Source: Camelus ferus (Eukaryota). Taken from it: a stretch of 64,000 nt of DNA. The first letter of the stretch is position 1. The number at the start of each line of letters is the position of its first letter. The position numbers were made by a program, and so were the translations under genes. Positions 1-11,889 of the stretch are shown piece after piece. The notes beneath the pieces are model-generated. The model saw nothing but the letters and a program-made list of their open reading frames with translations, searched no databases and had not been told where the DNA came from. The stretch covers positions 4,156,001-4,220,000 of the forward strand of contig NC_045696.1 of assembly GCF_009834535.1 (NCBI RefSeq), given 5' to 3'.

Positions 1-1500
1 CCAATCTGTAAGCCTTTGATTTCTTTTTCTTGGCTTACTGAATAGCTAGAAAGTTCAGTATAGGAGTAGTGAGAGGGACCCCCTTGCCTCGTACTTGATC
101 TCGGTGGAAAAGCCTTGATTTCTCACCGTTAAGTACAATGTTGGCTGCAGGGTTTTTGCAGATAGTCTTTATCAAGTTGTGCCCATTCCTCTCTATTCCT
201 AGTTCACTGAAAGTGTTAATCATGAACTCTGTTGTGTGTGCACTGGATTTTGTCAAATGCTTTTTCTGCATCTACTGATGTGGCCGTGTGATTTTTCTTT
301 TTTAGCCTGTTCATGTGATGGCTTACATTAATTGATGTTTGAATATTAACTCAGCCCTGCATAGCTAAGATGAAGCCCACTTGGTTGTGGAGTACAACTC
401 TTTCTATGCATTGTTGGATTCTATTTACTAATGTTTTGTTGAACATTTTTGCATTTATATTCATGAGAGATATTGGTCTGTAGTTTTCTTTCCTTGTAAT
501 GTCTTTGTCTGGTTTTGGAAATAGAGTAATGATAGTCTTACAGAATGGGTTAGGAAGTATTTCCTCTATTTCCACCTTTGAAAGAGTGTAGAGAATTTTT
601 ATAATTTATTCCTTAAATGTTTGACGGAATTCACCAATGAACCCATTTGGGCCTGGAGCTTTCTGTTTGGGAAGGTTATTAATGATTGATTCAATTTCTT
701 TAATGAATAAAGCCCTATTCAAACTGTCTATTTTTTCATGGGTAAGTTTTGGCAAATGTGTCTTTTAAGGAATTGGTCCATTTTATCTAGATTATAAAAT
801 CTGTGGGCATAGAGTCAGTCATAGTATTCCATTATTATCCTTTTAATGTCTGTGGGATCTGTAGTGGTGGCCTCAGTTTCATTTCTGATTATTGGTAATT
901 CGTGTCCTCTCCTGTTTTTTAATTAGTTAGCCTGGCTAGAGGCTTAGAGATTTGGTAATCTTTTCAAGGAACCAATTTTTGGTTTTATTGACTTTCTCTG
1001 TTGATTTCCTGTTTGCTATTTCATTGATTTCTGCTCTAACCCTTCATTATTTCTTTCCTTCTACTTACTTTGAACTTTTTCTAGTTTCCTGAGGTAGAAA
1101 CTTAGATTATTAACTTTAGATCTTTCTTCTTTTCTAACATATGCATTCAATGCTACACATGTTCCCTAAGCACTGTGTTGGCTGTATTACACAAATTCGG
1201 ATAAGTTGTGTTTTCATTTTCATTTGCTGCAAAATATTTTAAAATTTCTCTTGAGAATCCTTCTTCAACCCATGTGTTACTTAGAAGTATGTTGTTTAAC
1301 TTCCATGTATTTTTGGATTTTCCAGTTATTTTTCTGTAACTGATTTCTAGTTTAATTCCATTGTGGTCTGACAACAGATATTGTACAATTTCTGTTATTT
1401 TGAATTTGTTAAAGTGTATTTTATTGTCCGGAATGTGGTCTATCTTGGTGAATGTTTCACGTGAGCTTGAGAAGAATGCGTATTCTGCTGTTGTTTCCAA
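1..1500 (-). mobile_element. LINE-1 ORF2 remnant (endonuclease end through start of RT), decayed
   Basis: Minus-strand ORF pieces FTKIDHI...LSDHNGIKLEI, ENYRPISLMNINAK and NPAANIVLNGEK are L1 ORF2 motifs; broken by stops and frameshifts. Confidence 0.95.
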
Positions 1501-1619
1501 TGAAGTTAACACATACTTGGCATGTGCAGCAACTCCACCCCTGAGACTAGCCCCTGGAAAACAAACCACATGCATTTAAGTTCTTAGTATCCACAGAAGA
1601 TTGCAGCCAAAACCAAGAT

Positions 1620-2040
1620 ACAAGCCAAAACCTATCAACAGGAGAACAGTTAAGCAGTTTGTGGTATAATCACAGGATAGAATATTATTCAGTGATTTTA
1701 AAAAAAAAAAAGAATGTATTGCTGATAAATGCAACAACATGGCTAACTCTCAAAACCAATCTGCATACTGATTACATTTAAATGAAGATCAAGAGGAGAT
1801 AAAACTAATCCGTGATGACAGAAGATAGACTAGTGTTTTCCTCTGAGCACAGGGGTGGGAAGATACTCAGTGGGAAAGGGCACGGGGAAGCTTATTGGTA
1901 CGATGGAGAAGTTCTTTATCTCTGTCTGAGCGGCTGAGTACACGAGAATGCTATATAAAAAGTTATAGAGCTAAATGTGTATTCCACTGCATATATATCA
2001 TACTTCAATAAACTATGTTATCAGAAAAAGAAAAATAAAT
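1620..2040 (+). mobile_element. Old L1 3' end (L1M-type)
   Basis: gaatattattcagtga...gcaacaacatgg...ctcaaaa motifs and terminal tacttcaataaa followed by an A-rich tail. Confidence 0.7.
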
Positions 2041-2689
2041 GAGTAGCAAGGACAGAGCCAGATGGAGCCATTGGAACTCATTTACAGCTCAGTCTGGCCC
2101 ACACAGCACACACAAGCTACCTTGTCAAGTGTCATTTCAGACCTGGAGTGGCTCCCTCTGAAGCCGGCCCTGGGTCCTGACTGGCTACACACATTGTTTT
2201 GGGGGAGGTTGGCGGAAACAGTCTGTGGTCCTGTCTCAGCCTGGACACACTCCTCTCCTACCCTATATCCTGCCCTTCCTTCAAGACCTTCCCCAAGCCT
2301 CTCCTCTCTGCCACATCCCCACCCCAAAAACTGGCCCCCACAGGCTCTGGTTTCCCAAACTTTCCTGCAACCCTTAGCTCATACATAGGAGACTGGTCTA
2401 CAGAGCCATGGCATGGATGTGATTTGGGGTCATAAGTACCCACTCAGGTCAGTCATCATCACACGTGTGTGCATGCACACACACATACACGCAGGAGACC
2501 CAGCGTGTTTTGTTCTCCCTTACTGCTTTGTAAACTTAAGTGCTCACGTCTCTTTTTTCCTTTCCTTAGTTTCACATACTGCATTCAACATACTTTTAAG
2601 TGTTAAAATCATTGGACTTAATTTTTTATTTCTTTTGTATACTCTCACAGGACTTTGCAGTTAACGCCCATTCAATTTATACTACAGAC

Positions 2690-3496
2690 CAGCAGTTCTC
2701 AAAGTGTGGTCAGGGGACCCACTGGAAAGTCCATGAGACCCTTCAGGGAGTTTGCAAGGTCAAAACTTATATATGGTAACATCAGTTGCCTTTTCCACTC
2801 TCATCCTCCCAGGAACGGACAGTAGAGTTTCCCACGGGATACTGACAAGTTCTGCATGACTCAGTGAATCAGCAATTTTCCAAATGATGGATACATAATG
2901 GTACCAAATCATGCAATGGCAAGAGCCTTCCACACCAAAGTGCCAGGCAAACCAGTACGTTGTAATGTAACAGAGTAAGAAAAATTCACTTTCAGATTCT
3001 ACATTGCAACTAATCTTTAAAAAACACTACGATCAGTCAAGTTTTGGCATAGTATCAAAGAAAAAGATCCGCAATTATGTGGTAAGGATATTAACATACT
3101 CCACACTGTTTCAACCACATACCTATGTGAAGCCAGAGTTTACCAACCTGTCAACCAACACAACATATCGCAGCAGACTGAATGCACAAGGAGCTATGAG
3201 AACCCAGGTGTCTTCCGTTACGGATATTAAAGAGATTTGCAAAAGTGTAAAACAATGCCATTCTTTTCATGAGCCACTTTTTTTTTTCTTGGAAAGTAAA
3301 ATTTTTCATAAAAATATTGATGTTAACACGTAATGGGTGTAGTGTTGTTATTTTAAAATGAATTAATGAATATTTAAATTTTGTCTCCTTTTTAATTTCA
3401 AAGGCATAACCTACAGAAACAAAAACTCTTCTGGGTTCTGGGTCACTTTTATAAGGTACAGTGGGGTCCTGAGATGCAGAAGTCTGAGGACTGCTG
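2690..3496. mobile_element. hAT-Charlie (Charlie1-like) non-autonomous DNA transposon
   Basis: Imperfect TIRs cagcagttctcaaa / tctgaggactgctg; degenerate 8-bp TSD ctacagac / ctttagac. Confidence 0.85.
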
Positions 3497-3544
3497 CTTT
3501 AGACTGTGTGACTAAAATACTGGGCAGACCCTTTAGAAATGAAA

Positions 3545-3720
3545 GCTGGATTCGAGTCAGACAGCTGGGGTTTTGGTCAATGTTCCACACTGTACTAGTG
3601 GATGTGGAGCAACTTATTTAATACCCTTGAACCCCCAGGTTTTATTTTGCATCTGTGAAATGGGAAGAATGACATTATTTTCAGAGCTGCTGAGATTACA
3701 TGAGCTAAGGCATGGGATGT
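3545..3720 (+). mobile_element. MIR SINE fragment
   Basis: Core-like segment ...ttgcatctgtgaaatgggaagaatga...gagattacatgag. Confidence 0.7.
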
Positions 3721-4034
3721 ACCAGCAGGGACAAGCTGCAGCTAGTAGGCACTTGGACGTTTCATTATTTGTGCACGCCACCCTCGTCCTGTAAGGCTTG
3801 GAGGCAGCAGAGACTCTTCTGAGTTGGGGGTGAAGTTCAGAATCCTGGTCAGCTGGTCAACTGTAAGGACAGCAAAGGCTCTCCATGCCCTGGGACACAT
3901 CTTGGGAAGGCCACTGGATTGTGGAAGGGCTGACCTTTCAGAGCTCTTCCAGTCTTGGGGGATGAAGTGTCCACCTTTTGAGGAGCCAGAAGCCCAAATG
4001 GAGCAGCTCTGCTGAGGTACAGGCCTTAGTTCAA

Positions 4035-4170
4035 TCCAATTCAATGAGCTAAATGTTTATTAAGCACCTACTAGATGCCAGACACTGTTGAAGCCCCAAA
4101 GATGCATCAGGGAACAAAACTGACAAAGACCTGGGTCTTGAGCAGCTCACCTTGGTGAAAGTTATGAACA
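4035..4170 (-). mobile_element. L2 3' fragment
   Basis: aaatgtttattaagcacctactagatgccagacactgtt is the typical reverse-complemented L2 3' end. Confidence 0.7.
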
Positions 4171-4177
4171 GTGAAGC

Positions 4178-5182
4178 TGAGGTGGGAAGCCCCATGAAAA
4201 AGACCAGCAGGACCCCCAGGCAGGGCCACTACTCTCCTGCCAGCACCACCCAGTTCCCTGGCCCGACGGCATTATCTCGCTTTTTGCCTCTGAAATGGCT
4301 CACTTCTAGGAAAGCAAAACTTATCCCTATGATTCTATTGGTTCCCTGAGCTAACTCCTGATTAGTCCATTTGTAGCACCTCATTTGCATGGAGCTCACT
4401 CCTGATTGGCCCATTTCTATCACTCCTGATTGGTCCATTTCTACAAAGCTCATTCCTAAATAGTCAACTTTATTACACCTTATTTGCATCTGATGTTGCA
4501 AAGTCTAGACTGGCAGCCTATAAAAGCCTGTGTAAACCTACAGACTGGGTCCAGAGCTTAGAGTTAACTCCGCTGGGCCTGCCGGCGTAATAAACTTGGG
4601 TTCTCCAACCCTCCGAGTGCTGCTTGGTCTCTTGCCTGGATTCAGGTTGCTGTCACAACTGAGCTGTAACACTGAGCTGTAATACACTTAGCTGCAACAA
4701 AGCAGCACCCTAGGGTCCTAGGGAGGACCAACCTGCAGACAGGAGCACAACCAATGCAAAACTCTTGGCAACCGAGAGGGGCTGATGGAGTTCGTACAGT
4801 GACCTTAAAGCCTCTGTGCATGGGGTTGTACGTTGCCTTGGGGAGGCCCTGGTGACACTGGGGCGCTGGTGTCAGGGATCCTGGGTGATGGCTAGCAGAA
4901 CATCTAACTGCTTTGGAGCGAGACGAGGGAGGGAGCGGGAAGAAGCCTGAGGCTGGAAGCGTACCTCTTGGGTGAAAACTTTCAACCCTCTTCCTGAATC
5001 CTAACTTTGTAACTGAACAGGACCCTATTGTCATCGGTGGCCTATATGGTATTTATAACTGCTTAACTGTGTAATAATTTATAAGTTTCTTCTCATGCTT
5101 CTGCTGACCAGGATTGGGCTGGAGAGGAGGGGGGAACTCGGGTGACCTGCCCAACCCCCCTCATTTTGCTCTTGGCGCCTCA
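4178..5182 (+). mobile_element. ~1 kb solo LTR-like element
   Basis: Inverted termini TGAGGTG...CGCCTCA; repeated ATTGG boxes, two ATTTGCAT, TATAAAA 4519-4525 and AATAAA 4589-4594 in U3-R order. TSD poor (gaagc/gagac), so boundaries are tentative. Confidence 0.75.
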
Positions 5183-5270
5183 GAGACAGCAGTTGGGTGT
5201 TCTTCGCCTTTTGCTCCCCAACTGTGCGTGTCTGCAGTTATTTTTAGCTCCTGATGGTTTCTTTGTATTC

Positions 5271-5743
5271 TGTTGTCCTGGCCTGTGCAGACACTGCAGC
5301 AAGAGGGCTCAGGCCTCAGCCTGCCTAAAATGCCAGAAGCATTCATCAACCTGACTTTAAACTGCACACACTTTTTTCTAGAGCACTTTTCCACAGATTG
5401 TTTTCCTGAGCACTTTTGTTCTAAGCACAAGAGTATTAGAAGAGTCCCAAAGCTGGAGGTGAACATCATACCCCGCACAAGGAAGGGGACCCCTGCGCCT
5501 GCAAAAACCGGATCAACTTCGCAGCAAGTTGTTACCCGGTACATGATCTCTATGGAAACCGGCGCTGCCTCTTGAACTCTTACTGTAACCCCCCTTCCTT
5601 CTCTACCCGGCAGACTCAGGGTCTTAGGGCACTCACCGACCTCCTTTGCCTGGCAAGGAAATAAAGCTGCCTTCCCTACTCCATCCAAAACTCTGTCCTC
5701 GAGTCCTTAGTAAGCGGGGTCCAGAGGCTGTGTTTTGGCAACA
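5271..5743 (+). mobile_element. ERV solo LTR (473 bp)
   Basis: TGTTGTC...GGCAACA termini, AATAAA near 5660, 4-bp TSD attc/actc. Confidence 0.85.
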
Positions 5744-7299
5744 ACTCCGTCAGCAGTTTCCTGGTCTAGAACAGGTGGGGAGGAGAAGACACCAGGACCT
5801 GTGAACTCTGGCTGGGCAGAAGGCACAGACATCTCCCGGGTCTGAAGAGGGCCAGAGAAGTTGCAAAAGGTGACCCAAGAGTGCAAGCTAACCCTTCCGC
5901 CCTCCCTTCAGCTGCCATTCTGGGCTGGTTCCCTGTGTTCTGGGTCTCGACCCGGGTGGGTGGTAGTGCACATGTGGAGGTCCCACGCTGACTTGTGCCC
6001 ACGGGTCGTTTCCCTAGAAGGACTGGTGGGCGAGTGGCCAGAGCAGCGCTTCCAAGCGTCTGAACTTGTCTCTGGCTTGGCTGTTTCTGTCTGTCAAGCT
6101 GTTACTTGCACACTGTTTCTCGGACAGTCTCCCTGAAGGCGCCAGATGCATTTGTGCACATGATCTGTGATGCCCTTGGACTTTTCACTGGGGAAGGCTT
6201 TGCCTGCAGAAACCGAGTGCTGGGTCACACCCTTAGCTGCAGAGATCCACCTTGAAATAGTTAGGATGTTGGGAAAAGCCCACGCTTTGACCCTTGTAAT
6301 TGTGAATGTGGATATTTTTGTCCTGAAGTCTAAAATGTTTTCCTCCGTGTTTCCGGCATCATCATGCTGACGTGGCCAGCACAGCGAGACAGGGAGACAC
6401 TGAGGCAGAATTCACGCTTCACAGGTGACTCATTTGTGGGGAGAAAAGCACCCGCTTTTCATGAACTCCAGTGACAGATACGGAAGTGAGAGAAGCACTC
6501 TGAGAGGAGTCTGGAGAAACTGTTGCTCCTTTGCTGGAAGGGAGGGTCCATTTGGAGACTTGAAATGAGGTTTTGGCCAATCAGTACTATGCTTTTCAGG
6601 GTCATCTAATTGGCTAGTCCTGGGTGTGGACAATGGTGTATGCTACCCCGAGCAGTGTAGAATCCTGTGCTCAATGCCAGATCCCTGGTCACCCCTCTCG
6701 TAGAAGGAGGGAGGCAGCTGAAGTGAGGAGTTAGGACTCGCTAGGGGTACAATAGTAGCCCACAGACACTCAGCTAGACCCTGGGTCTCCCAGGTCCCAG
6801 ACCCTGCAGTCGGGGCTCCTAGGTTCCTGGAGTGTCACACCCCCTTTCATAAAGATGTATCCAAGCCAAGGTCACCAGGTCCTCAAAGTGTAGAAGTATA
6901 CCTGGGCCCACTGACCTCCCAGACTGCGTGACCTCTACACCCCGTCGCTCCCTCCTCGTCCTTCTGCCATCTGCTCACCAGGTCACCGCTTTACATACGC
7001 ACCTCACCGGGAATCCAAGATGGGTGAGAAACAAAACCTAAAACCCAACCCCCAAACTCCTTGACTTTGCTGCTGGTTTTCACTTTCTAAAACGATTTTT
7101 GCTGACTTCAATGGCTGAAATTTTCAGGAGGAAGAGCACGGAAGTTGGATCAGACTGACCCAGACCTTCTAGTTCTTTCCCTTGGCAGCCGGGGGTCTGG
7201 GGTATGAGCCAATGTGTGTGTGTGTGGGTGGGGGGGTCACAACGCCACTTCACCCAAACCCTCATGTCTGCCAAGGCTTTCAGAGAACAGTAGGGGTTT

Positions 7300-8300
7300 G
7301 CAGGGGCTCTGATCCCGACGTGCTCGCCCTCCACCCCCAGGTGGGGTCGGGGGCGCAGGTGGCGGCCAGCCAGGATGTCGTGGGTCAGGGCTGGGTGTTC
7401 ACGCTCAAGGCGCCTCAGGGGGCGAGCGCGGAGTGGGGCGCAGGTCTCCCACCCGCTGAGAAGGGCCCGGGGCTGGAAGTCCGACCCCTGCAGGGCATCC
7501 CCGATGTGAAGTGCTCCTACCGGCAACCCTCAGGCTCGTCCGAGACCCCTTGGCGGGCCCCTCAGACCCTAAGGGTTTCCGCCTGCCTTCCTGGCGGTCT
7601 GCGTCCCAACCCACCCGGCCAGGCCAGGCCCGGACCCCGACCCCAACTCCGCAGTCCCATCTGGACCCAACCCCGACCAGACCCAGACTCCGCCCTGACC
7701 GGACCCAGGTCCCCGCCTGCCCTTCCTGATCCCGATCCCGGTCTCGGCCCCGCCACGCGTCCCGCTCTGACCAAGACTTTGCCCCTGACCGGGTCCCGCC
7801 CCGGCCCCTATCTCTGCTGACTGAAGGCTCAGACCCCGTGCAGATCCCGCCCAGATCCCGCCCTGGAGCAGCGCCCTCCCACCCTGTGGCCGCTGCTGGT
7901 GTCGGCCGCACGGGGAGCAGTCGGTGCCACCGCGCCCGCGCCATCCCCGCCGGAGCCAGCGCACGTGTGGCCTGGTCTACACCGCCTCTCCCGCCGCACT
8001 GGGGTGGCACCTCTAATTGACGCGGGCTTTCCCCCCTGGTGGACCCCAGGTGAAGCGAGTCAGCTCTACACAGCCTTTCCCACGTCGCACATGCGTGTGA
8101 GTGTGGTGTTTGGTTCCCTCCAACCTTTCTTGCCCCCAACCCCCACACCCCCCACCACGTGTTCAACCCTCGGCTCCATCACTGCCTTTCCTGCCCCATC
8201 ACGTGCCCCCTCCACGTGCCCCCTTGGGCCCATCACCATCTTTCCTGCTGGGTCGACCCCAGGAAGGCACAAGGAGCCCACAGCCGCCTTCCTAAGACAG
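7300..8300 (-). promoter_or_regulatory. FAM3B: CpG island / probable promoter and first exon of the gene downstream of BACE2 (FAM3B by synteny)
   Basis: High GC and CpG density, GGGCGG boxes, four CACGTG E-boxes, CCAAT nearby at 8366-8370, and a G-rich minus strand at 7600-7870. Position ~37 kb beyond the BACE2 stop fits the conserved BACE2-FAM3B order. The gene name rests on synteny only; no FAM3B coding match was verified. Confidence 0.5.
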
Positions 8301-8587
8301 CCCTGCCCCGTGGCCCCCTCCACTGCCTCAGCCTTCCTGGGGTTCTGCTTGCTGGAATTGTTCAACCAATGGAAGCGCCCAGTGATTCTCAGGGCAGCTT
8401 CCAGAGGCTGCCCGGGATTGTGTAAAAGGGCTGGACACGGGAAATGGCCTGCTTTGGGGTAGCCTGTGAGCCACCTCTGCCAGGAAGCCCCCCGTTTAGC
8501 GCCCTGGCTGCCCGCTGGCCTATTTTTCAAGTCGGGGCTAGGCTTCCCCGCTGCTGTCCCCAGTCCCTTCATAACCTTGCTTCATGG

Positions 8588-8670
8588 TAGAGAGAGAAAG
8601 AGAGAAAGGAAGGAAGGGAGGGAGGGAGGGAAGGAGGGAAAAGAAAGGGGAGAGGAGGGGAGGAAGGAGC
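8588..8670. repeat. Polypurine low-complexity tract (GA/GGAA/GGGA)
   Basis: agagagaaagagagaaaggaaggaagggagggagggagggaagg... Confidence 0.9.
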
Positions 8671-9533
8671 CCTAGTTGAAGTACTTTAGAAATAATTTCC
8701 ATATTAAAGTGTTTCTGTGAAACTGCTTCCCACCCTCCCCTCATTCTCCTTATCGTGCCCCACTCCAGTACTTCCCTGTATCTGTTGTAAAGTGGGGTTC
8801 ATGACGTCTTTGCCTGGCTCTCCCACCTGCTGGCCTGGAGATTGCTGGAAGGCAGGAATTGTGTGTTTTCTCTGTGTCCCCATGCCCAGCACAGGTGGGG
8901 TACCCAGGAAGCACTCAGGAATTAAGTAAGTGTGGAATGGTACTCTAACAGCAGTGGCCAAGCAAGCCTAGGGTTACGTGACCTTCCAGGAGCTGGAAGG
9001 AGGCCTCTTCCAGGGAGCCTGTTCTCCAAGCCCTTATCTTGCAGATAAAGACATTGGGGACCGGCTTAAGTGCCTTGTCAGGGGCAGGGCTTCCGTATCT
9101 GTAAGTGACATATAAACCTTCTCTCTCTGAAGGCCTGATCTTCAAGGCCCTCAAACTGGATTCAACCAGGAGTAATAATAAGCAGGTATTTTTGGAATGA
9201 CATTTGGTGCATTCTACAATGCTTTTGGCTCCTACCAGAGGCCTGGACAACTTCAGGGGGAGTCTGCACTTCATCTTTATGAAATATGAAGTTGTCCCTG
9301 TGGTGTTTGAAGCCAGTAATGACAAAGGTAATGTCAAATGGCTTTTCTGGAAAGGGAGCAGAAGGGAGCCCCGGGCTGCTCTCCCGTGCACCAGGGTGGA
9401 CTTGGAACCCCGCCTCCTCTGTAGGCAGAGGGAGGCCCTCATACTAAGCAGACGACAAAAAGTGGTTTGTCCTCAGGCTGCTCCACACCTGTCAGCAGGT
9501 GTTAGAAAAAAATGTACGCTAGCCACTCTTACG

Positions 9534-10032
9534 TGTTGATGAAAATAAACGCACTATAAGTTGAGAGTTATGTTTTATTTTACGGACTTTCTGAGGACTC
9601 CAGCCTGGGAGGCAGCCTCTCAGATCGCTCTGAGGGACGGCTCCAAAGAGGCAAGGGAGGAGGAAGCATATATAGGAGTTTTTGCGACAAAGACCAGGTA
9701 GTCAGATCATTAAAAGGTTACTGCTAATTCAAGAAAACCAGACATCTCAAGTTAAGGAATTTAGCACTTTTCTATGTATGAGAAGGTGCAAAGGTCTGGG
9801 CCACTGAAATCACTCCTTTGATGTGCACCTCAGCTGCCCAGGGCCCGTGTCCTGTCCTTCCACATCCTGAGCCCCCTCAGGGGGCACCGCTGAGGGTGGC
9901 TGCAGAGGCGGGGCTGCCTGCTTGTCTGAGTCCTGAGTTCCTGCTCACTGTCCGGGTGGCGGTAGTGGCTGATGACCTGATGGCCTCAGCGTCCTTTGTT
10001 CACTGATACGGCTGCAATATTTTTAATTCACA
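9534..10032 (-). mobile_element. ERV1 solo LTR, MER41-like cetartiodactyl family
   Basis: TG...CA termini, TSD tacg/taag, minus-strand AATAAA near 9575, and the cagcctctcagat.gctctgag motif typical of this LTR group. Confidence 0.75.
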
Positions 10033-10287
10033 TAAGGAATGTAAAAGTACCCAAATACCAGCCCTCTTGCTCAGCGCACGATATCCACCGTCACAGCCAG
10101 CGCTGCTGGAGGCCGCTGGGTCTCAGCTGGGGACCCACACTGGATCACAGGGCACATCTGAAAAGTACAGAACCAAGTCCTCACCCCTGAGATTCTGATG
10201 TCATTGTCCAGAGATCAGCCCAGGAACTGCCATTTTTAGAACTCTGGTGACTCCAGTATGAGACAGACTTAGATCCTACTGAGTACG

Positions 10288-10480
10288 TAGGGTTTTTCAG
10301 CCTGAAAATCGTTGATGTTTGGGGCCAGATCAGTCTTTGCTGCGGGGGCTGTCCTGTTCCTGGTGGGATGGTTGGCAACATCCCTGTTCTCTGTCCACTA
10401 TGGCCAGTGGCAATGCCCCAGCTGTGACCACCACAAACATCTCCTTGGGAGGCAAAACTGCTCCTAGTTGAGAAGCACTG
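10288..10480 (-). mobile_element. MER20 (hAT-Charlie MITE), preceded by a MER5-like fragment at ~10130-10260
   Basis: ggggccagat...ggggctgtcctg...catccctg...ggcaaaactgctcctagttgagaagcactg resembles the MER20 reverse complement. Confidence 0.8.
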
Positions 10481-10834
10481 AATCTGATAATAAAGGATGG
10501 TGAGAGAGAGGCTACCATGGTATTTGATGCTCAGGGTGTGATTCCAGGACCTGCACCACCTGGAAGCTTGTTAGAACTTCAGACTTGCCCACCCTAAGTG
10601 GGCTCTTCATTTCACAAGGTCCCCAGTTCACACGAAAGGTTGAGAGCACCAGCCAGGTCACCAGTGCAGTCTTTCCTCTGCAAGCACTTATTAACAGAGT
10701 CAGTTTATTAAATAGCAATTCACCATCTGCATCTAGACAACAAGCAATCAGAGCTGTGGTGTGTCAAGGTGACCAGGACCTTAGGAGGTCCTCTGAACCT
10801 CCCAGATGAAGACCCCGGGGTGGTCTGGTTTCTT

Positions 10835-11274
10835 TCAATAATAAGATTAGAAAAGAGTTTTATTTGAGCCAATCTGAGGACTAGCTCAGAAGCCCACTTC
10901 CCAGATTCCACCGGGAAACTGCTCGGGAGAAGCAGGTTTCCAGCACAGGACTATGCCTTGTCAGAACAGAAAAACAGACCAGCACAGACACAGCAAGTCA
11001 GTGTGGCCTTGGCACCTGGAAAGGGAGTCTTGTCATCAAAGGAGGACCAGCACTGGCATCCTGGGAAGAGGGGCATTTTATCATCATTTTTAACATGGAC
11101 CTTCTTTACTTCTGGTCAATGTGCCCTTTTCTTTAATAATTAAAGCAGATGGACAGTGTATGTTTGATAGGTCACACGCATGCTGTTTTAGTCAGCATCA
11201 AATTCGAGTGAACTCATGTATAAGCCAGAATGCCTTCCCCATATCTCAAAATGTGAACATTTTTTTTTTTATCA
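10835..11274 (-). mobile_element. ERV1 LTR (MER34/MER39-like), copy 1
   Basis: Reverse-complement homologue of 28954-29458 and 18557-18710, e.g. taacatggaccttctttacttctggtca vs tgaccagaagtaaagaaggtccatgtta. Confidence 0.85.
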
Positions 11275-11740
11275 GCATCCTGGGGTGGTGGGGAGGTTTG
11301 TGGGAACGGACTGTGGTGATGGGGTGGCGGGCAGTGATAACTGTCACCTCCACCTCCCCATCGCGCTCTCCTCCTCCCCTGCCGTTCCCTGTAGCAGGGA
11401 GCCCCCCTCCTCTGGCAGGATTTTAGGCATTTTCTTGTTAACTTGCTTATTACGTGGCATGGAGTCCCCTCTCCACCAGGCTCCAAGTTCTGTGAGGACA
11501 GGCTCTCCGACGCGTGCACAGTGGAGTCCCTGAGGCCTTGGCCAGGCCCTGGGTCTCAGCCGTCACTCTCCCAGTGTTTGTTCAATGACTGGATTAATGA
11601 GTGAGCAAACAGATAAGCATCAGGTTTGTTTTAATGGTAACTGAAGGGAACGCCTCTTCCTTCTTCCTCTCCTTCTGATGAGTTGATTCACTGCGTATTT
11701 ACCTTCTTTTAAAAAAGCTACTTGGAGTTTCTGCAGTAAA

Positions 11741-11778
11741 GGAAGCCTCAAGAGGGAAGCCTCAAGAGGGAAGCCTCA
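11741..11778. repeat. 14-bp tandem repeat (ggaagcctcaagag) x2.7
   Basis: Directly visible. Confidence 0.9.
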
Positions 11779-11889
11779 GTCCTGCTGACCCTGGGGCGGG
11801 GGGGCTGTTGCTCAGATTCACTCTTTTTCAAAGAAACTGCTTCTGTTAACACCTCTTATTTCTTCTTTTTCTTTTTCTTTTTTTTTTCA

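Noticed and set aside
6225..6265. Plus-strand AAEIHLE peptide resembling the FAM3B C-terminal PAEIQIE motif
   Set aside because: Wrong strand and position for synteny, with no flanking similarity.
7080..8572. Long overlapping ORFs (212, 253, 187 aa) in the CpG island
   Set aside because: Pro/Gly/Arg-rich in several frames on both strands; expected from stop-codon scarcity in GC-rich DNA; no recognisable protein.
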